From positions 13,144,001-13,208,000 of the forward strand of contig OZ365113.1 in the NCBI GenBank assembly GCA_977030845.1: 64,000 bases of DNA. The letters are read 5' to 3'. Below, piece after piece: positions 10,361-21,620 of the stretch; position 1 is the first letter of the stretch, and every line of letters starts with the position of its first letter. Origin of the DNA: Fimbriosthenelais zetlandica. Taxonomy: Eukaryota. The translations under genes were made by a program, and so were the position numbers. Under the pieces are notes generated by a model that did not search any database, was not told the origin of the DNA, and saw only the letters and a program-made list of their open reading frames with translations.

Positions 10361-10651
10361 ACTTAAGCAGGCACAGTGCTTTACTAAGGCACCAGACAGG
10401 CACATTTAATTCCACACAGCTGTAGGCCATGTAGGCATATATTTTTCACATTGGTAGACGCCACAGTTTCCATTTACAACTGAGGCAGCTTCTTTTTCAG
10501 AGTCATGGCTCTACAAACGATTAACTTAAGCAGGCACAGTGCCTTACTACGGCACCAGACAGGCACATCTAATTCCACACAGCTGTAGGCCATGTAGGCA
10601 CATACTTTTCACATTGGTAGACGCCACTGTTTCCATTTTACTGAGGCAGCT
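10361..10651. repeat. 163-bp-period tandem duplication
   Basis: cttaagcaggcacagtgc...ctgaggcagct begins at 10362 and 10525, with few differences. Confidence 0.9.
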
Positions 10652-11240
10652 ATCGATATCAAGTCTCTTTATATTATATTCTCCACCTATCTCCACGTAT
10701 GAGGAATTCCATAAGCCTACCCCAATACAATCGTTTGGTTTTGAAGATAGGTGGAACATATAATAAAGAGACTTAGGGTGGAAACGTATATTATTAGTTT
10801 ACAAACAAATACAGGGGCGTAGGAAGAAAAATAAAATCAATCTAAGTATTGGATGGTAATAACATCATGGTACGTCTTTCCACCACAAAATGGGGGAATA
10901 AAAATTATATAGCTTTGCTCGATTTATATTAGACTAAATTAATCACTGCCTGCTGGATAAAACCGCTAATAATATGGGATAGTAATTTAAGGGAAATTCA
11001 GACCGTGGCAATGGAGGAATCTAGCCGGGAGTTGGGGCTGTTGTGGTCGGGGAGAGCCGGCGGCAGATGCCGGTCTGCCATCAGGGCCACAGAGACAAGG
11101 GGGTCTCATGGAAGAGTCCGGCTCTATTTCATCAACCATTGATAATTAAACATCAGTAGAGATGACAATCTACTAATCCTGATGGCTGAATAGTGTTGTC
11201 ACGCTAATCATAGAAGTGTTCCTCTGAGAGAACAGTTCTA

Positions 11241-12340
11241 TGCCCGATTTGAAACTGCTAACATGTCATAATCCCTTGGAATCGCCCACTGTGTAGGTAC
11301 TGTCCATAGGCGCCAATGTTAAAAATTCTCTAGCCCCCCGGACCCCTCCCCGGCCCCCAACCTCCACCCCAACCTCCATGTCTACCCCCAGTACACACCC
11401 CAACACCCTCCCAAAAATTCAGCCTGATCCATTGCCTCTAACTTGTCTAAATTCCTTGTTTTCCGCAAAAGTGCACGCTCCATAGGCGCAATGTTAAAAA
11501 TCACTCACGATTACAGGAATGTGTGCCACAGAGCCGGTTTGCCAGTCCACTCCAATCGGCTCTTTCCATACTTAATATGTATTATTTTTACTCCAAACAA
11601 CGGTTATGTATGACTTATGACCTCTACTGATAAATATCAAAAGAACAGAGACGTAAAACGAGGATAATACCGATTTTTGCGAAGTTGACCAATCGGCCGT
11701 GCGTATACTTACCTATAATTTGGCCTTTTAAAAACCTTAACAGCGCCCTCTCACTAAAAGTCCAAAAAGTTGAATAACTTTGTAAATAATGGGTCTAAAA
11801 TTACAATTCAAACGGATTATTCTTAGTTGGAAGCACCTCCAGGTATCTATGTGATTTTTGTGCAACTGAAATTAATTTAAAATTTCGATTTTTGAAAATG
11901 GTGCCAATTTGAGGCTTTAGCATTGGACTCTATGGAAGGACAAGCCAGCGCGACTGAAGCGACCCGAAAGCGGCAGAAAGGTGAACTATTCTACTATGAT
12001 CTACCCAACGCACCGAGAAAGGAGTTGAGAGCTTTGGCGAGATCATAATAGCCTACTGTAGTTCACCGTTTCGCCGCTGTATGTCACAAGGCCTATACCC
12101 GGGCTTGGCGTTCTTTCACTATTTCCCATAAATATCACAAGGCCTTATATACCCTTGCTAGGCGTTCCTTCACTATTTCCCATACATATCATCAGGCCTA
12201 TACCCTTGCTAGGCGCTCCTTCACTATTTCCCATAGGCCTACATATCACAAGGCCTATATACCCTTGCTAGGCGTTCCCTCACTATTTCCCATAAATATC
12301 ATAAGGCCTATATCCCCTTGATGGGCGTTCCTTCACTTTC
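11241..12340 (-). repeat. Long modular repeat, copy 2 (inverted relative to copies 1 and 3), including the outer minisatellite
   Basis: Reverse complement of 391-1347 and of 12435-13186. Confidence 0.9.
12081..12340. repeat. Minisatellite, five units of ~51-57 bp
   Basis: Unit approximately atatcacaaggcctatatacccttgctaggcgttccttcactatttcccata, starting at 12081, 12132, 12186, 12243 and 12296. Confidence 0.9.
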
Positions 12341-12434
12341 ATTCAGACTATGCTGGCTGTAGCCTGTATGACAAGCCTCGTCCTCCCAGCGAATCGTCTC
12401 ACCGGGACAGATACTCCGTTTATGCTGGCTGGCG

Positions 12435-13275
12435 CATAGTAGTTCACGTTTCCGCCGTTCACGGGTCGCCACTGGCGCTCAGGCGCCTCCTTCCATTGAC
12501 TCCAATGCTAATTGAAGAAATTCAGTCCATTTTGAAAATCTAAAATTTTAAATGAAATTTATCGGAACAAAAACCACATAGATATCTGAAGGGTCTCCTA
12601 ACTAAGAATAATCCGTTTGAATTGTAATTTTAGACCCATTATTTACAAAGTTATTCAACTTTTTCGACTTTTAGTGAGAGGGCGCTGTTAAGGTTTTCAA
12701 AAGGCCAAATTATAGGCCGGTATACGTGCGGCCGATTTGTGAAGTTCGCAGAAATCGGGGTTATCCTTCTTTTTCGTCTCTGCTTTTTTGACATTTATCT
12801 GTAGATGTCATAAATTATACATAACCGTGGGCTTGAGTGAAAATGATATGTGTTTGGTAGAGAAATATCCGATTGGAGTGGACTGGCAAACCGGCTTTGT
12901 AGCACACATTCCTGTAATCGTGAGTGATTTTTAACATTGTGCCTATGGAGCGTGCACTTTTGCGGAAACCAATGAATTTAGACAGGTTAGAATCAATGGA
13001 TCAGGCTGAATTTTTGGGAGGGAGTTTGGGTGGATGTCATGGGTAGATATGGGGGTGGAGGTGAAGATTGGGGGCCGCGCAGGGGTCCGGGGGGCTAAAT
13101 AATTTTTAACATTGGAAGCTATGAGCAGGACCTACAGAGTGGGCTATTCCGAGGGATTTTGACATGCTAGCCGTTTCGAATCGGGCTGTTGTTTTTGGTG
13201 GAAGTGCTGGAGGTAGACATGAGGATTGAGGTGGCGGTTGGGGGCCGGGGAGGGGTCCGGGAGGCAAAATAATCT
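12435..13275 (+). repeat. Long modular repeat, copy 3 (more diverged, with an extra G-rich module at 13187-13275)
   Basis: Direct match to ~650-1347 and inverted match to 11241-12000. Confidence 0.85.
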
Positions 13276-13344
13276 TACAAATTGTGATTCAGCTTTGTCC
13301 TGGGCGGTTCAGTCTAAATTTGAAAGGGTGTGAAATATGACGTA

Positions 13345-13416
13345 TGAACCAGGTAGTCTAGAGGTAAGGCACTGGCCTGCAAAGCGAGAGACCGGGGTTC
13401 GATTCCAACCGGTTCC
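13345..13416 (+). pseudogene. tRNA-like sequence (Cys-GCA-like anticodon loop), degenerate
   Basis: A box tagtctagaggta, intact D stem gtct/aggc, ctggc-CTGCAAA-gcgag anticodon arm and B box ggttcgattcc. The T stem is broken and the acceptor stem is imperfect. Confidence 0.55.
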
Positions 13417-13491
13417 TTTAGATTTTTATGTCTACTAATTTTTATGTCAACTAATTTTTATTAATAATTAATTGTAATTTTAAAATTTTTT

Positions 13492-13560
13492 GACATTGGT
13501 GGGATTCGAACCCATGTGTTTGTTGCACGCAAAATGACCGTTCAACTTTAGCACAGTTGG
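13492..13560 (-). pseudogene. tRNA-like sequence, highly degenerate
   Basis: Minus-strand B box gggttcgaatccc at tRNA-like distance from a weak A box; no convincing cloverleaf. Confidence 0.35.
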
Positions 13561-13578
13561 AAAAGAAGTGAAAAACCT

Positions 13579-13658
13579 AGTCTATGGTAGGAATCGAACC
13601 CAACTTGGCATGACCCTCGTATTGGGAGGTCAACACATTAACCATTGGGCCACAGACT
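13579..13658 (-). pseudogene. tRNA-like sequence (Gly-CCC-like loop), degenerate
   Basis: Minus strand reads agtctgtggcccaatggtta...gacctcccaa...gggttcgattcctaccatagact, with an 8-bp terminal stem (agtctgtg/catagact), an A box and a B box. Confidence 0.55.
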
Positions 13659-13937
13659 CCCCGGTTTTCAAGCTGGTGTACAAGAAATTGTAGTAAACGA
13701 CAAGCGACGGTATAGATATATAGATTGAGGAGGTGTATAACAAATTGCCCTGACTATGGTGTGGGACATAATCCCAAAAGTTGACGATATTAGACCCGAT
13801 TTTGATTTCCATGGTAGCCAATTTTTAGGCTTTAAATACGTCGGATTTATATGTCTTTATTTAAATATTACCCTAACCTTTTTAACCCGGGCTCCATAGG
13901 CCGGGGGTTTTCTGCCCCAGCACCCACATTTGCTGGT

Positions 13938-14025
13938 GCAGAATGAGTGAAAAGGCATCGGTCAGATTTGGGGTCAAATTTTCTGGGGCAGAATTAGTGA
14001 AAAAGCATCGGTCAGATTTCGGGTC
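13938..14025. repeat. 38-bp direct repeat, 50-bp period
   Basis: gcagaatNagtgaaaaNgcatcggtcagatttNgggtc at 13938 and 13988. Confidence 0.85.
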
Positions 14026-14598
14026 TGGATCCGGGCCTTACTTCACTTCAGATCCTCTCGAGGGCGCTAGTGTTCCATGCAGTAATAACTCATACCAGAA
14101 GCATCAAGCACATACAGTAAATCAATATGCTGTTTATTTCTACTATCACCATTTGGTGATAGTAGACCTGAATTTAATTTGATCCCATGAAAACTCAAAA
14201 TGTCTTGCTAGATCCCGGAGATGTACGGTTTTCAGCAGTGTAGTTTGTCATCACCAAGCACGAACATTCAGCTACGACTCGTCAATTATTGTAGAACTTA
14301 CACGAGGATCAGCCACAGTTAATAATATTATGTCTCCTTGTCTCAGTATGTACACTCTCTTTGGAAGCTATTAATGTTGATGAACCTGGATGATCAGAAT
14401 GTACCCCAGGCTTGTTGATTTTATTGACCACAATCTATTGTTTCTACCAACTCGTTTCCCCACTTAGGTGCATTGCACTATCTTTATTTTGTATATATAA
14501 AAATTATCCTCGATTTTTCGTCTAACTGCCTTCTTCATTCCACTGTTTTATTTGTTGTATTTTTCAGCCAGCATAATATTGACAGTAAAAGTGATGTA

Positions 14599-15602
14599 CA
14601 GTCACTAGACAGTGAATTAGTCCGATTTGCCAAACAGGCAGTGTATCCTATGAGAGTGGTGCATTTTCAAACACTTGCCGAATTGTAACCATTTACAATA
14701 GAGGTACCAAAATTATGGTGGTTATTCATGAGCATATTAAGTCCTTATATTCTAAGTTTCAATTATATTCGCCATAGCAATGGGATATAATCGAGCACTA
14801 ATTAACAACCTCAGATTGATTCTTCAGTAGTGAAGTGGCTTTCAGTCAGAGGTCAGCCATATCACTCAGGGGGGTCAAATGACCATCAGGTTTGTTTTGC
14901 TTGTTTATCAACACTATAAGGGCACTGACAATTGTCAGAAAAAGAGATAACAGGGGGATTAAGGAAGATCACACGACTTGAAGGCAGGTCGGTGCCCAGT
15001 CATAGGATGGGGTTTTAAATGTAAATAATCAAAAGTGTCTAAATAGGGTCTGAAAGCTATATTACTAACTGCAAAATGTGTTTAAATAATTAAACTATAG
15101 CTTTTCATTCTCGGAATGCAACCTTATAATTACATATATTGCACATAAATATCATTATTTGGTACCGTAACAGAAAACTCCTAAATAGCCAAATAACATG
15201 ATGAGGCTGTGACCTGCTTCATGTCCTGATGGTTTCCTCAATACTATTTAGCTTTCTTTATCCTGTCAATTGTCAGTGCCCTTATACTGTTGGTAAACTA
15301 GCAAACCCAACCTGATGGTCATGTGACCCCCCTGAGTGATATTGGTTACCATGGACTGAAACCCACTTCACTACTGAAGAATCAATCTGAAGTTGTTAAT
15401 TATTGCTCGATTATATCCCATTCCGACAGTGAATATAATTGAAACTTTGAATATATGGACTTTATTCAATTATAAACGGTCATCATAATTTTGGTACCTC
15501 TATTGATAATGGTTACAATTCGGCAAGTGTTTGAATATGCACCACTCTCATAGGATACACTGCCTGTTTGGCAAATCGGACTAATTCACTGTCTAGTGAC
15601 TG
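14599..15602. mobile_element. Non-autonomous Tc1/mariner-type element (1004 bp) with ~340-bp TIRs and TA target-site duplication
   Basis: TA|CAGTCACTAGACAGTGAATTAGTCCG... at 14597-14624 and ...CGGACTAATTCACTGTCTAGTGACTG|TA at 15577-15604. The arms 14599-14938 and 15263-15602 are collinear inverted repeats. The centre has no transposase ORF. Confidence 0.92.
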
Positions 15603-18600
15603 TAGGTTATTTAAATACGTTATACCTCCTAAAGGATAAACTGAAATTAAAAACACAAAGGATCAGGGCAGGAAATCATTATCCTAAGTTGCAATGAAAT
15701 GCACTTTCGCTTTTTCTAATTATTATTTTTTTAACGAAAGTGATGTATTTATAGTAATTTGCAGCTGGTATTTGAGTTTTTATATCTTGTCTAGTTGACA
15801 TCGTCCTTGATCCTGATGATACGCTGATGATTGTTAAACAGAGATACCAGTAGCTTTATTTACAGGCAGAAATGTTAGCTATATAATAGGTAGGCTTACA
15901 TAATACACTAGAGAATGTTTTTCAATGTTTTCACGTGTCACCTGCGATAGATCGATGTCCATATTTACACCATTATACCTTTCATACAAGACAGGCAAAT
16001 TCGTCATCCTTTCTGTTATCACCACAAAATCAGTTTTCAGCATCCATTACCTAGATTAACCCCTGACAAGCGGTAGAAATGTAAGCTTTTAGTATGGCAG
16101 TATATCTAGCTAGAAATGAGTGCATCTGATTTATCTTGATATCTTTTAATGTGAACAAATAAATGCTACAAGATAACTAATTTCGATTTAATGACTTGCT
16201 CCTGGGGATTTTTACTTTCTCCCTTCAAGTAATTAGACCTTGCGTTCTCTAATTAGATTTCCTATTGGAAATCAATACAGTTTAATCAACACCTGCAAAT
16301 GACTGGGACAGGAATGGGAGAATTGCATCAATCGTGTACCCAATGAACTATCAGAACAGAAGGTATGCTTGATGATTCACACTACCCGAATATATTCCAG
16401 TCATTCTGAGCAGTGTTGCTCTTTCAGCTGATATAGGATGTTGACTTCTATTTTTCAATTAAAGGCTGACAGCTTATTTGACCATACCATACCATCAATG
16501 AATCTGAACCTCTGATTGCATTGCATATAGGATATGCTACAAGAATGTTTCCTCTCGTTAGATTGCAAATTACGTTAACGTCAATCAGTTGTGGGGAATA
16601 AGGCTTCCACCTACAGACCTGAAGTAAAATAGATCAGAGTAACCAGACTTAATACTGAATATTGCAAATTTCTGCAACGATATTCCCACTGATAGTAAGG
16701 GACGACAGACGTGGTCGATTGGATGACACAATATAGCCACTCTACAGAGCCTCCTATTGTGTGGCCTTCTTATACGTGACCAGCCTAAAATGAATTTATC
16801 TCCAACTAAATCACTTTACTCAAGTACAACGTGATTAGTGGCAGTGTGAATGCTTTTAACGGCTGTCTCTTGGGTGGACAATCCCCTGTAAGAAACGCAG
16901 GAAGCAGATATGTTCAGCGAGGCATGTTTGGAGCTGGTGTCCTATGGGTGGTCTGGTAATGAAGACAGTAATCGACACTAGGAGGTACGAGGACCGGAAG
17001 TAAACTCTATCAACACTAACCCTGTCTCAGTCACACTAATTAGAAGAATTCTATCTGTTGCTTTGTGTGGAGTGAGATGTGAGGTTGATAAGTTGATTAA
17101 GAAAGTCTCATATAGATGAACCATAAGCATTCAATGGATGAGCATTCAAGGGTAATATCCCCATGGGGTGTGCAATTAAATTTAGCATTATAATAAGTAT
17201 ACATATATATATGTAAACCCAAATATGTGAGCCGAATATGGAAAGTGGTACGTATGATTGTAACATTTATTCGGGGGAATACCAGGCTGAGGTTTGGAGC
17301 CACTCAGAAATACATTGTAGTTTGTTAAGTGTCCTAATGCAATGGAGAAATTCCCAATGGCTGAAAAAATGTGAAGCGACCTGCTCAAAAATAAAGCAGA
17401 GAAAGAAAATTGAAAGGGAAGAACTCAAAACAGGAAGTGTTGTCCGCTCCCCGAGCATGATTGTCTGAGTGAGAACAGGAAGGTACCATGCACGGGAGGC
17501 AAAAACCTCCCTAAAAGCTTAAACCTTTAAAACACTGCTTTTTAACCTACTCATACAGCATATTTTATCTCCAGGTATTTTGCATTACAGATTGAATACG
17601 GTTTGCCTAATAATATATAACATTCAGCCATATGACTTTCGATTGGCAAAAGTCAGCATGTGGAGATTCAGTTTTATTAACTTTCATTAATGTTGCAGTC
17701 ATTAAGGAACTCTATGCAGTCCTTGCCCCATTATTTATATTCAATACATGTCCTTAATTATAGGAACCCTGCAGCCATTCATGGCAGTGAATGAATGGGA
17801 ACTTTGTCATACTAACATATAATGAGAGGAAGGTTCCCATAGCAAATTGGACATTGGGTATCAATGGGGTGCCCTTAAATCCAGAGCACCACAGTCGGAG
17901 ATTGAACTGGTATTTTAATAGAGTTAACAGAATGAGATGGAAGAAGGATGCCTGAATGGGTTCAGTGTAATCATGCAATGCCTTAATGTTATCAATCTTT
18001 AATCTTCCTGCAGACTCCAGCAGTGGGACTTTTCTCAAAGTCCATTTCTTAGTTTTTGAATGCTCACAATTAGGTTGCAATATCCTCAAGGGATTTCTTA
18101 CCCTTGAGCACTTGAATTGCAGGATGAATTATTAATTTTCGAGGGTGTCTTAACAAAGTGGATGAATAAGTTTGTGGAGGAAGGGGGTTGGACATAATTT
18201 CTTCGGTCTTTAAGATGTTAGAAAAAGTCGTGCTTATAACTTTTATAGGTCCGGTGCTGTGACTAATTTGATTTTCACAATATGTCTGTGGAGCAGATGG
18301 TGGAAACGGGCAATTTTTTCTAGACCACTGAGCATAAACCCGCCAGTCGCATGTCTCGATGACATCATTCATGACCAAGAGTAGAAAATGGTGTTAGCGA
18401 CATCTGGAAATGTCCCTTCGACCAGCAAAATGCCTACCAAACTTGTCCTATGCACTAGGTGGAACCAAGGCAAATACTCTTCAATACCTTCTAAACTATA
18501 TCACAGATACTGTGCAGTGCAGCTCATAGCTTTTCTACACTGTCAATTTGAAGTGCAAGTACATGCAGGATATTCCTATATACATTTTTGGGGCAAGCTG

Positions 18601-20048
18601 TAGGCTTCATGGACTAGAATTTCATTGTTTTCTGTGATAGGAGATTCTATACCTACAGGGATATTTCTTTTTAATTTTAAAATCCTTCATTTTTGTCTCT
18701 TCTGAGGCACACTCAGTGGCTTAGATTTCTGTCTTTTGAATGGTTTCTACAATGTGTGCTGCAATGAGAGAGAAGTGACACCTACCAGTGGCATCTCTCC
18801 GTATTGACGTGGTAAAACCTACAGATATGGTCATACCATGAGAGCAATCCCATGTATAAATACATCAGCAATAAAACCTGTCCTATTCACATTTAGTTAG
18901 GATAAATATTCTACTTCAGCCAGACATTTGGTCCTGTCGGTTTATTGGATATAGGCTTTGGGACCAGGCTTGATATTCCGATGTACATTAAGTGGAGTTC
19001 GGCATCTATATCAGAACCTGCCACTTGTTCTGAATATTTCGAGGTAGTTGATTCATGTCCTGGTGTATATATATGCTGTTAGTGTTGCTGCAAAGCATTT
19101 CTGCAACAATATTTGTAACAAAACAAACATTTGGATATGTTCTGCTTTTCTTTCTGCTTTTAAAACAGGAAGTGTTCAGTTTACTGTGTTCTGCATAAGA
19201 GAAGTGATGAATACATGTAGCAGCCTTTTTTTTCTTTTTTCTTTTTTTAATCTTCCACGATACTGCATGTGCACTGGCAAGTAAAGTTGAATGATCAACA
19301 GGGGGATTAAAATACCTCCAACCTGTGAGTGGAACAAATACTTCAAGAATGTAATATTCGATGCCAGACCTATTGAAAAAAATTCATCTGAAAACTGTAG
19401 ATCCCACTTCATTGATGCCAATGGTGTCAATAGCGATACTGGCACCACTACTAGTTGAGGCGATTGGATCGCCTTAAGGCATCCCATAATAATGGCCACC
19501 ATTCCATAGCTGGTGGTTGAATCGACTACATATATGGAGTACACACGAATCATCACTCTACCCCACACTAAATCCCTCCTTGGAGTGGTCTCCACCCCAT
19601 TTCAGAGGGTGCCAGATAGTCTCTTCTCTGTCGGCAAGCTCTCTAAGAAGGAAGAATATCTTTATGGCCAGGCCTCCAATCAGATAGGAGGAAATCACAC
19701 ATCGTGATAAGGTCTGATTTGGGGTGATATTGGAAACTCCTCTGGTGTTATCCTCTTGTTTGTTGGCCTGTCAGTGATGTAGATATTCAACAGATATGAT
19801 GCTTGGTGCATGGGAGAGGTGCCGAGATATGAATGATGGCTACATGATATACTCACATTGCACATTACCCACATGCACTGCAAGTGTGACAGCCGAATTC
19901 CAGTCGCATGTGTGACATTGGCTGTCACCTGTGTCACGCCCCTGCCGTCAACGACCATATCTGGCAGCAGAATTTTTTAATTAAAAATCTGAGATCTGCT
20001 TGACTAATCTGAGACTTATCTAGTGGGGACTAGAATTTTGGTCTATGA

Positions 20049-20136
20049 GGATATCTGCAGCTAGGGATTATGATATAGTCCCTAAAAGAATATCTGCAGA
20101 TAGGGACTATAATATAGTCCCTATCTGCAGATATCC
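20049..20136. repeat. Compound palindrome: perfect 21-bp stem with 3-nt loop plus a degenerate upstream copy
   Basis: atatctgcagatagggactat-aat-atagtccctatctgcagatat (20090-20134). A related imperfect copy lies at 20050-20083, and ggatatctgcag/ctgcagatatcc bound the whole. Confidence 0.9.
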
Positions 20137-21483
20137 AGACAAGTTTCAGCATATTATAATAGTTATAATAGTTTCTTAACTTTACTTTTATTTCACGTTT
20201 CTTTAGGCAACAATTTTACTTGCTACCTTATAAAAGGGAATTAATTCGCCTCAGACTTCGAAGTACAGATAAATCCTTCACCGGACGAGAGAGTTCAATT
20301 TAATCAGGGTAATAGTGGCCACCTCCATTTACATTAAATACATTAAGTCTACCTCAAAACATACACAGAGCAAATACGTGGCTTTGGACAAGCCAGGATC
20401 CCAAAAATCTCACAGTTGACTTTTCCTGTAACTTCTCGTATTTATAAATGAGACTTAATTTGTTGAAGCTAGCAGCAACTGCGAGAGAAATATAAAACTC
20501 GAGACATCTTAAAATGACATTAAAAACAGAATACTTTCACATCAAGTTATAGCGATTCATAGTTATATGACACCTTATTTACTCAAGCACTAACCTTAGT
20601 TAATAATATGAATGCCCAGTCAGGAATGCGTTTCTTTCGGCCACTTCGATTGTTGTTGTGTATGACTTGTGTCTGTTTCTTATTTAATAACCTTGCTGGA
20701 TGCACAAAAGAATTACTGAATATTATTAAAAGTCCAGGATCATGGACTGAATGCATGCGAGCGAAGTTGGGAAAGACAATATCCTATAATACTAGCCTTT
20801 AAAAAATTTTAATTTGAAGTTTTTTGTTCAACATCTGCACTCGTGAGGGATCAGATTTTGCCAATCACGTTTTGTGATTTTATCTGCCTCATTATTTAGT
20901 TCCTAATAATATTTGCAGGATCATTGAAAATAAGATTCCCTTCAGGAATTTAAGCAGTATATTTATGGCCAAACTCCCCACCCCTGATGTGAAAAGGTCT
21001 TGAATAACTTGTAAACGGACTTCCGTCATGCTCACACTATCCCGTGATACAGTACATACTTTCTGTTTATTAGCATCCATTGAACTAGCAAAAGGCCCTA
21101 TTCTCCAGGTAAAAATACTGGCCAAATAGTAACAGGCCAAAAGTCTGTTATTATGAAGAGGGCAGAATAACGAAAAGGAAATCTATCACCGGAAGGGTCA
21201 TACTTACTTCCAGGCCAGGCAACCTATGGACTGACTTCATAGCTTCTGGAATGACAAAAATATGCAGTGATATTTGGAGACCAACTTTTCACAAACATAG
21301 AACAGCCATCAAGAATACAAAAGTCATCCCTCTCAATTCAATATTTCCACAATAACGCGTGCTTGTCTTTTTTGCAAATACACGTTGTTCAAAATGTTGT
21401 GGTTTGACAAATACAATAGCGAGCTTATGTTCGACTCATGTTTCGAACATTTCAAACATTATAGACATTTTATCTTTTACATG

Positions 21484-21620
21484 NNNNNNNNNNNNNNNNN
21501 NNNNNNNNNNNNNNNNNNNNNNNNNNNNNNNNNNNNNNNNNNNNNNNNNNNNNNNNNNNNNNNNNNNNNNNNNNNNNNNNNNNNNNNNNNNNNNNNNNNN
21601 NNNNNNNNNNNNNNNNNNNN
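21484..21620. other. Assembly gap (137 N)
   Basis: Run of N; track ORFs spanning it are artefacts. Confidence 1.

Noticed and set aside
391-12340. Polinton/Maverick interpretation of the long inverted repeats
   Set aside because: No pPolB, integrase, ATPase or capsid remnants recognised, no AG...CT termini and no 6-bp TSD.
12081-12340. CRISPR-like array
   Set aside because: Whole units are repeated with no unique spacers, the context is eukaryotic and there are no cas genes.
14020-14061. Possible Helitron 3' end (GC hairpin then CTAG|T)
   Set aside because: The hairpin is ~25-35 bp from CTAG rather than ~10-12 bp, and no matching 5' TC end was identified.
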